This document shows positions 48,599 to 61,214 of a DNA stretch of 64,000 bases, piece after piece. A model generated the notes under the pieces. The model did not search any database and was not told where the DNA came from. It worked only from the letters and a program-made list of their open reading frames with translations. This DNA is from Phoronis australis (lineage: Eukaryota; Animalia; Phoronida): assembly GCA_002633005.1 (NCBI GenBank), contig NMRA01000773.1, positions 19,631 to 83,630 of the forward strand. The letters run 5' to 3'. Within the stretch, counting starts at the first letter, position 1; every line of letters begins with the position of its first letter. The translations under genes were made by a program, and so were the position numbers.

Positions 48599-50382
48599 TA
48601 TTTACAGCGTGCTTTTCATTCTTCACTACCACAAGCCAGTTCTTAAGCATTTCGGTATCTCGAGGAAGTCGAAAAAAAACAACATACCCGCTTTCCTCGC
48701 AGCTGCATAGTTCGGACAAGCGGAAACGATGCACCCCAACATAGCGCCATTCACTCTGCAGATGAACCACTAACGTCGCCAGCGTCATTTTTCACCTTTT
48801 TCACAGGCTAACGCGACACCTCTTGGCAAGGTAAGGTCGACCGTGTGCGGGGCGATGTGGATATAGACCGATTACCACATACCGATATTTTCTGACGAAA
48901 GAGCATGGTATTGTTTTGCAATATCTGAGCCAGGATTTCCAAGGTAAGCGCTGCATTGACTCGTCACCCGTCTAAGCAACGAGGGCAGGGGACCACGAAA
49001 ATATTATACCCAGTCACTCAAATTACTAGAGGGTTAAAATACTCAAAAACTAAGTAATTTCTCATGTTTTGGAGACTTCTTCAACCAAAACATAGTATTC
49101 AAAATCTTAAGGAATTGCCCTTTTTTAAATTGTACTTAGAAAAGCGTGACCCCCATGCCAATAACACACGAGTCCACGGTGGCGAACTGGGTACGCGTAA
49201 CTCAGGCACAGTAGCATAGTGGGGAACTAGGTTTAGTCTGGTCTTCAGCGCACAGTCGGCTTTGTGTGAGCGGAAAAAACAGCCATGTTCCTGACTGCAC
49301 TGACTTCCTGATTTAGAAAAGACCCTTGGGTTTAGTAGCTTGATAGATGGCGCTACTTTCAAAATGCACCATTGTTCGTTATTTTGCTGCTATTCTATAC
49401 CGTACGTAATGTCCAAAGTGAATTATTCTAAGTATCCAATAAGGTGTGCAATACGAAGACAAGGGTGCAGCCTGTGGGACAACGATTGCATCAGTACTGT
49501 GTCTTTTCAACGAACTAACGATAGTAGTGTACCCGGAGAATGCAAAGGTGCTGCTGCTAACGGACAAAAACCAACGTGAAATTAAAAGTAATAGACAGTT
49601 GTTGTGATTAGATTAAGAAGTGCCTTTGATGAGAGCGCCAGCCTACGTCCCTAAGTTGGCCGATGTCATTGCTTGACCAATGACATGTGTTACGGGGAGA
49701 TTTTATGTAGGATGAACATGTCATTTATTTATCATTAAAGCATGATACAAACACATTACAACTTGGGTTCGCTATGTACATTAGAATAATATTACATGAG
49801 AAGTATTAGTATTAATTTAGTATATAGTGGTTGTTGTGTAATTAATTAAAGGTATTAGTTGTTTACTGAAATTTATTGCCTCCTATGAGTGCTTAGGAAA
49901 CGAATCAGCATATTTGTCTCTAACCATGTTTTTATGCTATGCTAGCAGAGTTATGTAACTTTAAATTCACCGGAATTGGTCAACTGCGGGGTTAGCCAGT
50001 TCTGACAACAACAATAGTCTTGTTATTATTCAGCAGAAATTACTTAAAGGTTTGTCTGTGCGTGACCATATTTGGCGAAAGCTTAGGTTCATAATTAAAA
50101 TCTTATGATGTTGTTCCGGGAGTTGTTTTGGAACTATGAGTACATTTGGAGGAAGTTTATGGGTTTTACATGTATGTTTTGATCTAACTCACCCACCTTT
50201 ATTCTGTTTGAGTAGAAGTATACCGTTAGCTTTTCAAGAAGGTATATTTCCAACGAGAGGCAACCAGATTGGTATATAGGTATTAGATATTTCTTGGAGA
50301 TAGGCAACCAGCTTGCTAGAGAGATATCGCAGATATTCCTGAAGAGATGCTACTGGTTTGCTGAGAAATATCACAAGTTATA

Positions 50383-50518
50383 GAAATTCGATGGACTGAA
50401 TTTCAATCCTATACATGTAGCAGAAATTCGATGGACTGAATTTCAAAGGGATACATCGTATCTAGAATTTGATGGACTGAATTCAATGTTAACATATATG
50501 TTGTTCGATGGACTGAAC
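50383..50518. repeat. Four copies of a 16-22-bp hairpin motif at ~40-bp period
   Basis: gaaattcgatggactgaatttc at 50383 and 50423; variants at 50465 and 50503. Confidence 0.8.
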
Positions 50519-52689
50519 TTCATAGTTATTCCGAAGCATTTCATCAAGTGAAGACTGCTTGGAAGACTGGATCGAATGATCAAGAGAAGAGGAAACTCCT
50601 CATAACAAGTGTAACATTGGATCCAAGGCCGACGCCAGGAACGGGAAAACGTGATCACAGACTGATTAAATTAGCATTCTTCGTTAATCTTAATGATTAT
50701 TCATTTAGGGAAATTCAAACATTTAGTCAATATACTCATTATTACATCCAAATCAAATTGTGTTGTTTCAACCGCCTACCTGCAAGATATTCACCACGTG
50801 ACATCATGCCAGAATAGTTTGGAGCCGTCTAGTACAGTATCTGTCCGGAAAATGTTCTAGGTAGAGCAGTAGGCGTAGTAAACGTGTGGAATTTACGGCG
50901 TTACGCTCTAAGGGGTCAAACAATTTAACGTACATGTACATGTAGATATCTCTTCAAGTTGCGCGTACGCGTCGAACATATCGCTTGATCATCACTGTAT
51001 GACGTGGGTACGTGAATATCGCCAGCTTTCTTGGGCACATGCCAAAAATTCCAAACTAATCTTAGTTCTTATCTCCGATATCTTCGCTGCCGGATCAACA
51101 GACGCCGGGGTGATCAGCGACCGTGTCGGAAGCTAACTTACGTTAATAACTCTAGTCTTCGGAAACTATCTATGAAACTAAGGGTAGCATATTGGCAAGA
51201 AATAAATATTTCAGTGAGTTTCTAATGCCGTAAAAACTGCAAGTTGCGATATTTTTAAGATGTTAAGAGGGGTTGCTTTATTAACCATTTTTAATTTATT
51301 CGTAATTGGTGTTTTTAAAGTAAAATACATGATAAAATGCCCCACTGATAGTGGACACCTCCGAACCAAAATCTCCTGGAAATTAACTCAGACTGTCACA
51401 CATCCAGTCACCCGGCGATTCAATGACATTCGTACTTAGGTCCTACCGGAACAATTCTCGCACGTTTTAATAGTAGATGTGATCAGCAAGTGCTAAATAA
51501 AACGCGTTCCCGTAATACTGCTCGCTGCATTGCGTTTACTACTGTAAATGAACGCTGATGACACGCAAGCGCTCGCTCACCCACACGCGCAGACGATCTT
51601 CAAAACAAAAATCACGTGACTACGACATTTTGTTCGTCCAGAGATTTTTCTCACGTTGCTGTGTACGGTCTTGCGCAGATTTGAACCTGGGCAATTGCAT
51701 AGCCCTGAATGCCGCAGGCATACATGTACAGGGGCGATAGCACACCCCCGCAAAAAGTTATGAATGTCAAAATATAGGAAATAAAATCAAATGGAACATG
51801 CATACATGCACATGGAGTTATAATTAACACATACCATATGTCTGGAGACGATTCGGTCAAGATAATGTGAACAAATCAGTGAAAATCTGTCGCGGTTTGC
51901 TCGAGTTTCTCTTACCGGGTGCCATTTTGAGGAAGTTACGTGAAATCACGCATGTTGGCGAATAAGAAGTCCAAGGTAAACAAATCTCACAAATTTTACC
52001 TGATACCTGCCTATGCTATTCTGCAAGTGTCACGCGCCATCGTCACGCGCTTCTCTCAGTCTCACGCTAGTCTTTGCCTAACTCACGTGACTCAGTTGAA
52101 CTACTTTGTGGTTATCGCGCGCGTGGTGAAAAAGTTACCGGTGACCAAAAAAAGTGTAAGTTGGAATTCTTCGCCAAAGTCACCCTAATACTCGTAACTA
52201 AGTTTTATGGAAGATACGTGTAGAAGTAGAAAGAACCACCGAAGAAAGTAAGCGCTTTTTTAAGCGACAGTTTTAGTGTGAAATATATTTTGATGAGGTG
52301 AAAACTCCTAATCGGTGACCGAATTTGACCAACCGCCCGCTTAAAATACACGGGACGAAATTCGTACAGAAAGCGACGGGAAGTATTTTGTAGCCCCTAA
52401 CCGGCCAACCGAGGCATGCGCGCACCCAAGGGGGAAGGGGGGAGGGGGGGAGGGGGTCTTCTTCATTTGGCGAAGTGGGCAAAAAGGTCCGCCTGCGAGA
52501 AACAAAGAGCCCGAGAAAATGAGATAAAAGTGTACTAAACAAGCACAAACGCGCAATTCACAGTGGTGCGCCGGCTATTTTGTTACCAAAAGATCCACAA
52601 CGTTAGGAATTCGAGCTTCCCCATATTGAAGGCTGGGTGCGCGCATGCGAGAGGCTACATGTTGCCTAATTTGAACCTATCTTGTTCTT

Positions 52690-53083
52690 AATACCGATTC
52701 CACACGAACTTAAAATCAAAGCGACGCTATTTGGAAAACTTAAGTGAGGATTTCAGGTAATTTGTTGAGTCGAAACTATATTTTTATTCAAGCTGCCCTG
52801 TCAACGATCGCGAGGTAGCGGCGCATCAGCGAATTTTTGCCCTGAGATCTCAGCACAATTTCTGTAGAATGATCTGAATTTAACAACGAGTGCGCCACAG
52901 TTTTGTAGAGAGTCTGTCGTAGGCTACAGATACATGACAAAGCGTAAATTCGATGCCTCCTAGCCTCCGATTTCACCAGTTTCGGAGACCGGGTTTCAAC
53001 CTCCTTGCGTTACTATAAGCGCCTCTTCCCCCGAAACGAATTTTACTAAGCACCCCGGGCGCCTTATTGCGGCGAATACAGTA
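52690..53083 (+). mobile_element. Right part of the pogo-type family seen at 3760-5048 (upstream piece at ~51560-51670)
   Basis: gctatttggaaaact...ggatttcaggtaatttg..tgagtcgaaact matches 4710-4770; ends gcggcgaatacag|TA. Confidence 0.75.
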
Positions 53084-53864
53084 CTGATAACTGTCTGTTA
53101 GTAAAGTGAACTATGTTTACTGTTGGCAAAATCAAGCTTTGATTAGATGCTGAGGGCTGAAGTACCAAGCCAGTCAAGGTTTTAAACTTGACGCCCTTTC
53201 CCCAAACTCGACGCGGCAACATCCAAACTCTTTACTTCGTCGAGTCAAAACGGGTAATGGAGAACACTGGTTATTAGTACCGGTCATGGGCTGAAAGTTG
53301 TGCAAACGTGACTTGCCATGCAAACTACTGGATTGGTTGTAACATTATCGGCATATCTAAATGTGCTACAATCTAAATGTACATGTACGCCTTAGCTGTT
53401 CGAATGGAAAATAAGGTTGTAATAACCCTGGACATTTTGAGAATGACCTAATTGCAACCTTTTGACAATCTAATCGATATCCTAATCGTAAAAATACTGC
53501 ATGGTTTTAACAGGACAAAACCGTGGGATCGTGTATTCCTTAATAAAATCTCTAGCACACTTTGGAAAACTACTCGAAACTTCCAACTGCATTGCCAAGC
53601 GTTCATTTGAAAGTTTACAGTTTGATAGCTATTATGCCATGTGTTTGGGTGAAGGAGATGTGTTTTGTGGAGCTAGAGAGCTACTTTACAGGCCCACGAG
53701 CTGTGCTCATGAGTCCATGAGCCGTATTCGCAGTGGTGTCAAGACAAGGAACGAGAGAGCACAGCCCGGTTGCCACTGTGAATCAAGGGCACATTAACAT
53801 GAATTCGACAGTCTTTCGGAGAATAGAATCACTCTCCTCTATCACAAAATTTCTGCAACAGTTC

Positions 53865-54066
53865 GCTTAAGTCCTGGCAGTGGTGGGAATGGGGGAAGGG
53901 AGACAATTCGTTTAACTCTGGTCAGTGGTGGGGTGNTGGTGGGGATGGGGAGCGAGACAGATCGCTTTAATCTAGTCAGTGGTGGGGATGGAGGAGCGAT
54001 TCAGGTAGCTTAACTCTGATCAGTGGTGGGGATGGGGGAGCGAGACAGGTCGCTTAACTCAGGCCA
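53865..54066. repeat. G-rich ~43-50-bp minisatellite x4-5
   Basis: Units of cagtggtggggatgggggagcgagacag.tcgcttaactctg. Confidence 0.85.
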
Positions 54067-57000
54067 GTGATACATACAACGATCCTTGGAACGTTGGAGG
54101 ATGGTGAACCATTTGGAGATTGCCGAGGCCAGGGTTACGATAACGACAGTAATACATAAAATCGCTCAAGCTGACATACTGAGCAGTCTTTTGTTCATTT
54201 TCTCGTTTTCTGATTGTCATAGTCTTAACTTGCGTGGAGTCCATGCCACTGGAAGTTGTCAACAGGCTATTAAATTTTGGAACTCTTAGGACGCTATACA
54301 CTGTGCTCCCAGCGTTCCAGTCCACATTGTTTGGAAATTCTTAGACTCACGTTGGCAGTGCTGCCCACAGCATGCAGACAAACGTTGGTTAGACCATCTG
54401 CTGCACGTCTTTCTTCTGAAGCAAATATTGAGAGGCTCGTAAAGCTGAAGTTGTCCGCAGAAACTAAGTCAGACCTACATGGAAGCAAACGCCACGTTAA
54501 CTGGTATGGTCATGGCCTCTTCATGGGTGGAAGTTCTCACAGTAAACGACACGAGGAACAAAGTGTTGCAAGCAAAACATACCACATTAGTTATGAAGTA
54601 GAAAACGTACATAGTCTCCTTCACGACAAAAAGGACTTGGAAGACAACTACAATGGAGTTGAGAGCAGACAATCTGAAATCATGTTCATTGCATGACGAC
54701 AAAGAAAAGACGGCAACAGTTTTTGTCGAAGAGAGAAGGGAGGAGATGCCTGAAGAAAACGCAGAGGGAGGTCTTCTATTGTATTGCGGGGCTCGTTTTT
54801 AGCGAATTTAACCACACGATAGCAGTCAGCGATCCACTTAGAGAGAGGATGCTTGGTGTATTGTGGAGATATCGAACACCGGATTTGGAGCGTCTAAGAG
54901 AATACGCGCAATGGCTGTATTACAAGTACATGTACAGCGTTGGCGTATTTCACTCTAACACCTGAATTGAGACATGCTGCAAATAAGGGAGATGCCCCGG
55001 ATGTATGCAATGCGACTTCAAACAGTTTTCCCAAACCTTGCTCTAAAGATTTTCCGATTTTCTGTTCCTTGCTTGTATCAGTCGCTCAAAGAGATGGCCC
55101 ATTCAGCGTTAATGCAAGGATGGAGAATAATTAGCAAAATTCTTTTGATATTTGCGACAAAATCTCTACCTTGTTAACGTTTTCGACCTCCATGATGCGG
55201 CGGTAATTTCAAATTGTTTGTTTGAGTTTGAAACTAACTGCCGAACCATGCATTGAGGTCAATATGCTAACAAAGCGAGGATTTTGTGGTCCATGTCTAA
55301 AGAATTGTGCTCCTCATATGTATTCTGGACAGATGAATCTTTTTAGCACTCAAAGAATGGAAAATCTTCACTGGTCCATCAGGTACCAAAATCAACTATT
55401 TAGAAACTCTATCCATGAGAGTCGCTATTTCAAGGAAATTGGATTTTTCCACAATTAATTGCAGCTTCGAAAGCCCGTAAAGCACCACTTAATGATAAAC
55501 ATGACCATACAAAACATAAACAATGAATCGACTTTCTATGAAAATGAAGTCAGAATCGAAAAAAAATGTTATAGTTTTAGCTAATTATTTTTGTTTTTAT
55601 TCTACAACTACAATAATTAAGTTTATTTGTCTCCACCTATCTAAAGTGGGGGATACATGTGTATGAATTTATTGTGGGGAAATGGGTCAGAGGGCCTGGT
55701 GTTGCCCCTGACCCGCTTCATCTCTCGACGCCATTTGTCGAAGAAAGCTAGTATGATCGCGTGGTCCGTTTTCATAAAACGCAAATTTGTTATGTATATG
55801 AAGAGACACACCACGACATACACATTTCACATCACAATTATAATCAGAGGGGTATTACCTCAGGCACGTCCACAATGTTGCCAAGTGAATGGGTTTTGAA
55901 ACTTCATACCCAGTCAAAACTGACGAGAGACTAGTAAAATACAAACACAGGTAAGTGATTTGCGTAGTATTTGATACATACCAAACGCCAACAAGATAGA
56001 GTGAGTAAAACACGTTGATTTTTAGTAGGGAAAATTACTTAGGCAATGTACTAATTATTGTTCAAAAGCATCGGTGTTAAATCAGTGCTAAAACGTCATT
56101 GAGGGTTAATTAGTAGTCTGACATCAGCATTTCTAAATTGCCTTTCATTATTTTAAAAGAGTGTCACATCGATTATCTACTGTATAAGCACGTGATTAAC
56201 GAACAGGATGTATGTCGTGTTAACCATGTTCTGACAGTGAACTTGCACATTTCACTTATCAAGTGAATCACTTAGGACACAGTTACGATTTCGGTTACTG
56301 TAACATAGACAAAAAGTCAACGCATACTCGCGCAATACAATACGCGTGGTGCAGTTCCTCAAACATTTGTGTTTCGGCAAACTGAAATACTTGTAAATTT
56401 GTTAAAAAGCTGTTTTTTGCCGTTAAAAATGGTTTTGGCTGCTTCCTTGTGGGTGCAGCGCTTGCTTTGCTTATATTTTTGAAATCTTCGCGTAACTATG
56501 ACAACCAGTACATGGGCTCGTTTTGTGACACGTTTCCAGTCTTAGACCGAAGTCGGACAAATTTAGGACCAAAATACTAGCCCCGTTTAATGGAATTTCT
56601 TATCATCAAAGTTAATTATTGCGGCGACAAATTATACAGTAGAAACAACTGATCCATATTGTTACATATATATGTGATAAGTAATGCTAACTTGTATTTT
56701 GAAAAACCCAAAACAACATCCCGAAAAATGAGCTAAAACAATGGCTTCCAAGACATAGCGCTGCAGGGGGTCATTTTTTGTTTACTGCTGTTTGTGTGTT
56801 GGCTTAGAGCACCACCTGTGTTTTCTGTGTTGTGCATTGAGATCTGTGGCTCTGTAAGCTGTACGATAGCACAGACGTTAACAAAACTATTCACTTTGGC
56901 TGCCGCCATTATTGTATCATGAACCGTGGCAACACATTGCGGGTGTGTGTGCCCCGACGAAGTACGCAATGCATCGATTACCATAACTGATTTTAGTTTG

Positions 57001-57626
57001 TCAAATTCAAAATTGTAACGTGTCTTTGTTGAAATTATCAGAACAAAAATATGTGCAGGGTATTGAAAAAAACACATAGGCAAAATATTGAGCAAATCAA
57101 GGAAAAATGGTAGCTAAGGTAATATAAATTACAAGAAATGCATTATAAGCAATAAGTGACTCAGTAATCAGATGTGAGCAGGTATCATTAAGTGACTGTA
57201 GTGAGGGCAGGTACAGAACCTCAAGGATTTTTTCCAAGGGTGTCAGGGAAGTAATAAACATAAAATAGATCTGCTGAATGAATAAGAGGTAGGAGCAAAA
57301 ACGGGGATGACGGGCGCACCTCAATCTTTTGGTTGAGGGCGGAGATAGCTTTCTGCCCCCAATATTACAATTGCTAATATCAATTAACAATTGGTTATTA
57401 AAACTTTTAACATACAAACTTTGTTTTAAAATAAAATCGAAAAATTGACAGATTTTCCTCCTGCAACCATCAAATGTTTCTTACGTCAGTGTCCAAAAAC
57501 TGCACTCTTACGTCATCCAAACACGGGTCCAAATCTTTGTTTCGAAAATTCACACCTTATGACATTTTACATTCAAGTAAAGGGTCAGTGCCCCTTTACA
57601 TGAAAAAGTCCCAAAAAGCGACTCAA

Positions 57627-57787
57627 CAGGGGCAGATCCAGGATTTTTAAAGGGGCGGGGTCGGATCAAAAATTTTTAAAAAGGGTGATCCAAGTCAACA
57701 ATTTGAAAATTCTAGATTTGATATCACTAAAATCAAGGGAAAATGGGTGGAGGGGGGAACGCTGTGACCCCCCTGGATCCACCTGTG
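57627..57787. mobile_element. Short MITE (CAGGGGC.GATCCAGG TIR) with imperfect 5-bp TSD
   Basis: ctcaa|caggggcagatccagg ... cctggatccacctgtg|ctcag; a related end lies at 21337-21352. Confidence 0.7.
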
Positions 57788-58008
57788 CTCAGCTGAGTTG
57801 CCTAAATCTTTTGGAATTCCTGCCAGCGGTCCAGTAAACCTGCCTTGTATGCCCCCATAAAACAGCCAAGATACCTATTGAATACACAGAGCATTTACGG
57901 TACACTGTAGTTGAATTACGACGCACTTCAGCCCTCCTAAACCATTCACATTTTATAAAATTAACTATCAGCAGTTAGTTAAGGCATATTCAGCCAACTT
58001 CGTCAGGT

Positions 58009-59746
58009 AACAAGAGCAACGCAGAGCGCTGAAATGCGCCCACGAATGCATCGCAAATGGTATGCTTTTAGGGTTATTTATTTGTATCATAAAAATGGCC
58101 ACTAGATGGCGCAAAAACGTACAATCCATTCAAAAACGGTAACACGCCATATTTCATAAAAATCTGTCAAGGAACTTCAGAGGAACAAAGGAAAACAGAA
58201 CAAAATGTAATTGCAACTTGTAGGCACAGCGTCCGTTCGATCCGCCTGAAAGTCGTCGCCTGTTATAAATTCACTTACAAATTTAATAAAGATCCTGCAG
58301 TGGGTTTTGGAGATACAGCTATGGACACAAACAAAAAAATACCACTAGGAGGCGCCAAAGTAGTCAGTCGCCTTCATCAAACGTCCTCTTTACACTGAAA
58401 ACATACACGCCAATTTTCAAAACCATCCCTAGAATGATTTAGTTGATCGAGGGGTGGACGCCAAAAACAAGATTTGAAAACAGAAAAACGGCCACCAGGT
58501 GGCACAAAATACCTCGATTCCATACAAAAACAGGATGATAGCGTCATCTCACCAATACATGCCAAATTCAAAATTTTATGAAAATCTGCTGAGGTCCTTT
58601 GAAGATACGGACTGGTAAATGTAAAAAAACTAAAATTGCCACTAGGGGGCAAACCAGTAATCATAATCCGTCTGAAAGTCGTCGTCGTCAATTGTCAACA
58701 TCATATAAATAAAACCGCTAAATAAAGTAATGATCCTGCAAACGTTTTAATAGATATAGCCATGAGCGCAAAATAACTGTCACTAGGAGGCGCCACAGTA
58801 GTCGAACTCGTTGGAAAATCATCGTTAGCCGTTCACTGCATAGTAAAAACATACATGCCAATTTTCACAATTATCCTGAAAGCGGTTTGGTTGATAGACG
58901 AGTGGACGCAAAAAAAAGACTCGAAAACAGTAAAATTGGCCACTAGGTGGTGCAAACTAAGTCGAATCCGTCTGAAAACGGAGAGATAGCGTCACTTCAT
59001 TAACAGATGCTTGTATGCCAAATTTTAGGAAAATACGCTGAGGACCTTTGAACATACAGAGGTAAACGTAAAAAAATGAAATTGCCACTAGGTGGCACAC
59101 CATTAGTCAGATTCATCTGAAAGTAGTCATCCTCTGTTGTTAACATCATATCAATACCCTTACTAAATTTAGTAAAGATCCTGCGAACGGTTTAGGAGAT
59201 ACAGCCATAGGCGCAAAAAAACTGCCCCTAGGAGGCGCCACAGTAGTCGAAGTCGTCGGAAAATCATCGTCAGCCGTCTACATCATAGTAAGAAGGTACA
59301 TGCCAATTTTCACAATCATCCTTTGAGCGGTTTGGTTGATAGAGGGTTGGACGCAAAACAGTAAAAAATGGCCACTAGCTGGCGCAAACTACGTGGAATC
59401 CATCCGAAAACGGGAGGATAACGTCATCTCCTTAATACTGTAGGTGCCTACCAAATTTTATGAAAATCCGTTTAGGACTTTTGAAGATACAGAGGTAAAC
59501 ATAAAAAACAAAATTTGCCACTAGGGGGCACACCGGTAGTCAGATCCGTCCGAAAGTTCGCTCATGCCTTCCCATCTACGGAAGGAACACATACCTGTAT
59601 GCACAATTTCACGAACATACGTCAAGGCGTTTTGGAAATAGAGCAGCGGTTGCCGGAAGCCGGAAACCGGAACGCCGGACGGATGGACGGACGGACGGGG
59701 ATGACGGCATAATGCGTCCACATATAAATGTGTGGGCGCATAAAAA
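58009..59746 (-). mobile_element. Helentron-associated non-autonomous element (HINE/DINE-like) with an internal ~146-bp tandem array
   Basis: Ends aacaagagc... and ...gggcgcataaaaa. Subterminal inverted repeat atgcgcccac (~58034) / gtgggcgcat (~59732). (GACG)n microsatellite at 59675-59700, short terminal hairpins, and diverged tandem units with a ~440-bp higher-order period. Confidence 0.8.
58099..59531 (+). promoter_or_regulatory. Ten co-oriented CTCF-consensus-like motifs
   Basis: CCACTAGATGGCGC 58099, CCACTAGGAGGCGC 58342, CCACCAGGTGGCAC 58492, CCACTAGGGGGCAA 58639, plus matches at 58780, 58940, 59085, 59225, 59372 and 59518. Binding is not shown. Confidence 0.6.
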
Positions 59747-60376
59747 TGAACAACTTTAAAGTAAATAACATTAGGACTCCTTATTTCTTGACTTGATGTT
59801 TTGATACTCGTGTCAAAACAAAAATCTAAACAAACGACAACGTCACTGAGTGTAACGGTGTTTCTAAATACACATACTACCGCAGTACCCATCGATCTGG
59901 GGCTCAATTTGCCTTTAAAAGACCTCTTCCTTCAACACTTCCTATGAAAAATTATCAAGCAGGTTAATATTTTTATGCACTGAAGTACATACCATGATTG
60001 AAATTAAATGTGCACCACGAACTGCAGTCAAAATTGCACAAAAAGCGGTGTAATATGTCCGCCATGTATCACTACGTCACGTGTAGTTAAACACAGTTCA
60101 GCCATTTTGACAATAATTTTAGACAAGCACTATTTTGTTGAAAATGGGAGAGCACAGCATTTAAGTTCGTCTAAAATGAAATGGTGCTGACGTATCGCAG
60201 TCATAAATTTAAATACTGTGAATTTTCAAATAAATCTGTCAAGTCGCTTAGAAAAATAATTGACAGACGAGGAAAATATTGTGGATGCAAGATATACTGC
60301 AGTAGTGGGCAAATTATAATCACATACGCGACCTTAGAAAATAACCAATGCTAGTCTATGATTTGTAAACAGGAGC

Positions 60377-60500
60377 AACACAATGCACCTACTACTGCAC
60401 CTTAAACAACACAATGCACCCACTACTGCACCTTAAACAACACAATGCACCCACTACTGCCCCTTAAACAACACAATGCACCCACTACTGCACCTTAAAC
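60377..60500. repeat. 31-bp minisatellite x4
   Basis: Units of aacacaatgcacccactactgcaccttaaac. Confidence 0.95.
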
Positions 60501-61065
60501 AATATGTTTACGAGGGTTTGTTACGCTCATGTAATATAGATCATTGACCAACGACAACCAGGATGTTAACTATATGTTACAACAAGACATAATTTAAATA
60601 AGCAATAGGAATAAATAAAAAAACAATAAATAAATAATAAATGAACAATAATAAATAAACAATAAATCTTGGATTAGAACAGATATATGATAATATTACA
60701 ATAACAAAATTAGTATGTAAATAATAATAGTAAATATAATTATCTTTCAGATGTGAATGTTTTAAGACTACAGAAAAAAATGAAAGTATTTCGAAGCATC
60801 AATGAGCATAGAATAAACTAATCAGTAGTTCCCAAAATCACGCAATCCATTTGCGATAATTCTCTCTATATGATCGATCAAATGCAGGGAACAGTAGAGA
60901 CATTAAATTCAAATCACCCAGCCCAGCACTGATTGACTGGATACAGTTTCATGCAGAAACATCCTTAGTTTCAATCGTGAACATTATCTATCTTGACTTC
61001 CTAAAACCGCTCTGAGGTGGTGGCGTATTACAACTATAATTAAAACCTCTAGTCTATATACACTG

Positions 61066-61110
61066 TCACGACGTTTCGCTCGGTCTCTTCTCCGGCCACC
61101 GTCAGGTGTT
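61066..61110 (-). ncRNA. Degenerate minimal hammerhead ribozyme motif in the Penelope terminal region
   Basis: Minus strand: acacCTGACGGtggccggagaagagaccgagcGAAAcgTCgtga. The core is CUGACGG rather than CUGANGA; GAAA and the UC cleavage-site motif are present. Confidence 0.55.
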
Positions 61111-61214
61111 CCCGCGTTCTTAGAAGAACGAGCGCGGATACGTGGTACACACATGATGTGATTTTTTTGGTACGAGGCAGGAGTCATCCAATTACTTAGA
61201 GGAAATTTTATTAT

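Larger units (their letters stand above)
45682..48875 (-). mobile_element. Kolobok-type family A, copy 2 (inverted), with two nested insertions
   Basis: Reverse complement of 13130-14782. THAP remnant YVVFFRLPRDTEMLKNWLVVVKNE on the - strand; MATRNPDLDE...GSL|SFTGYQFEQEY on the + strand. Confidence 0.9.

Noticed and set aside
50383-50518. CRISPR array
   Set aside because: Eukaryotic context, no cas genes, only four degenerate repeats, and spacers are short and mutually similar.
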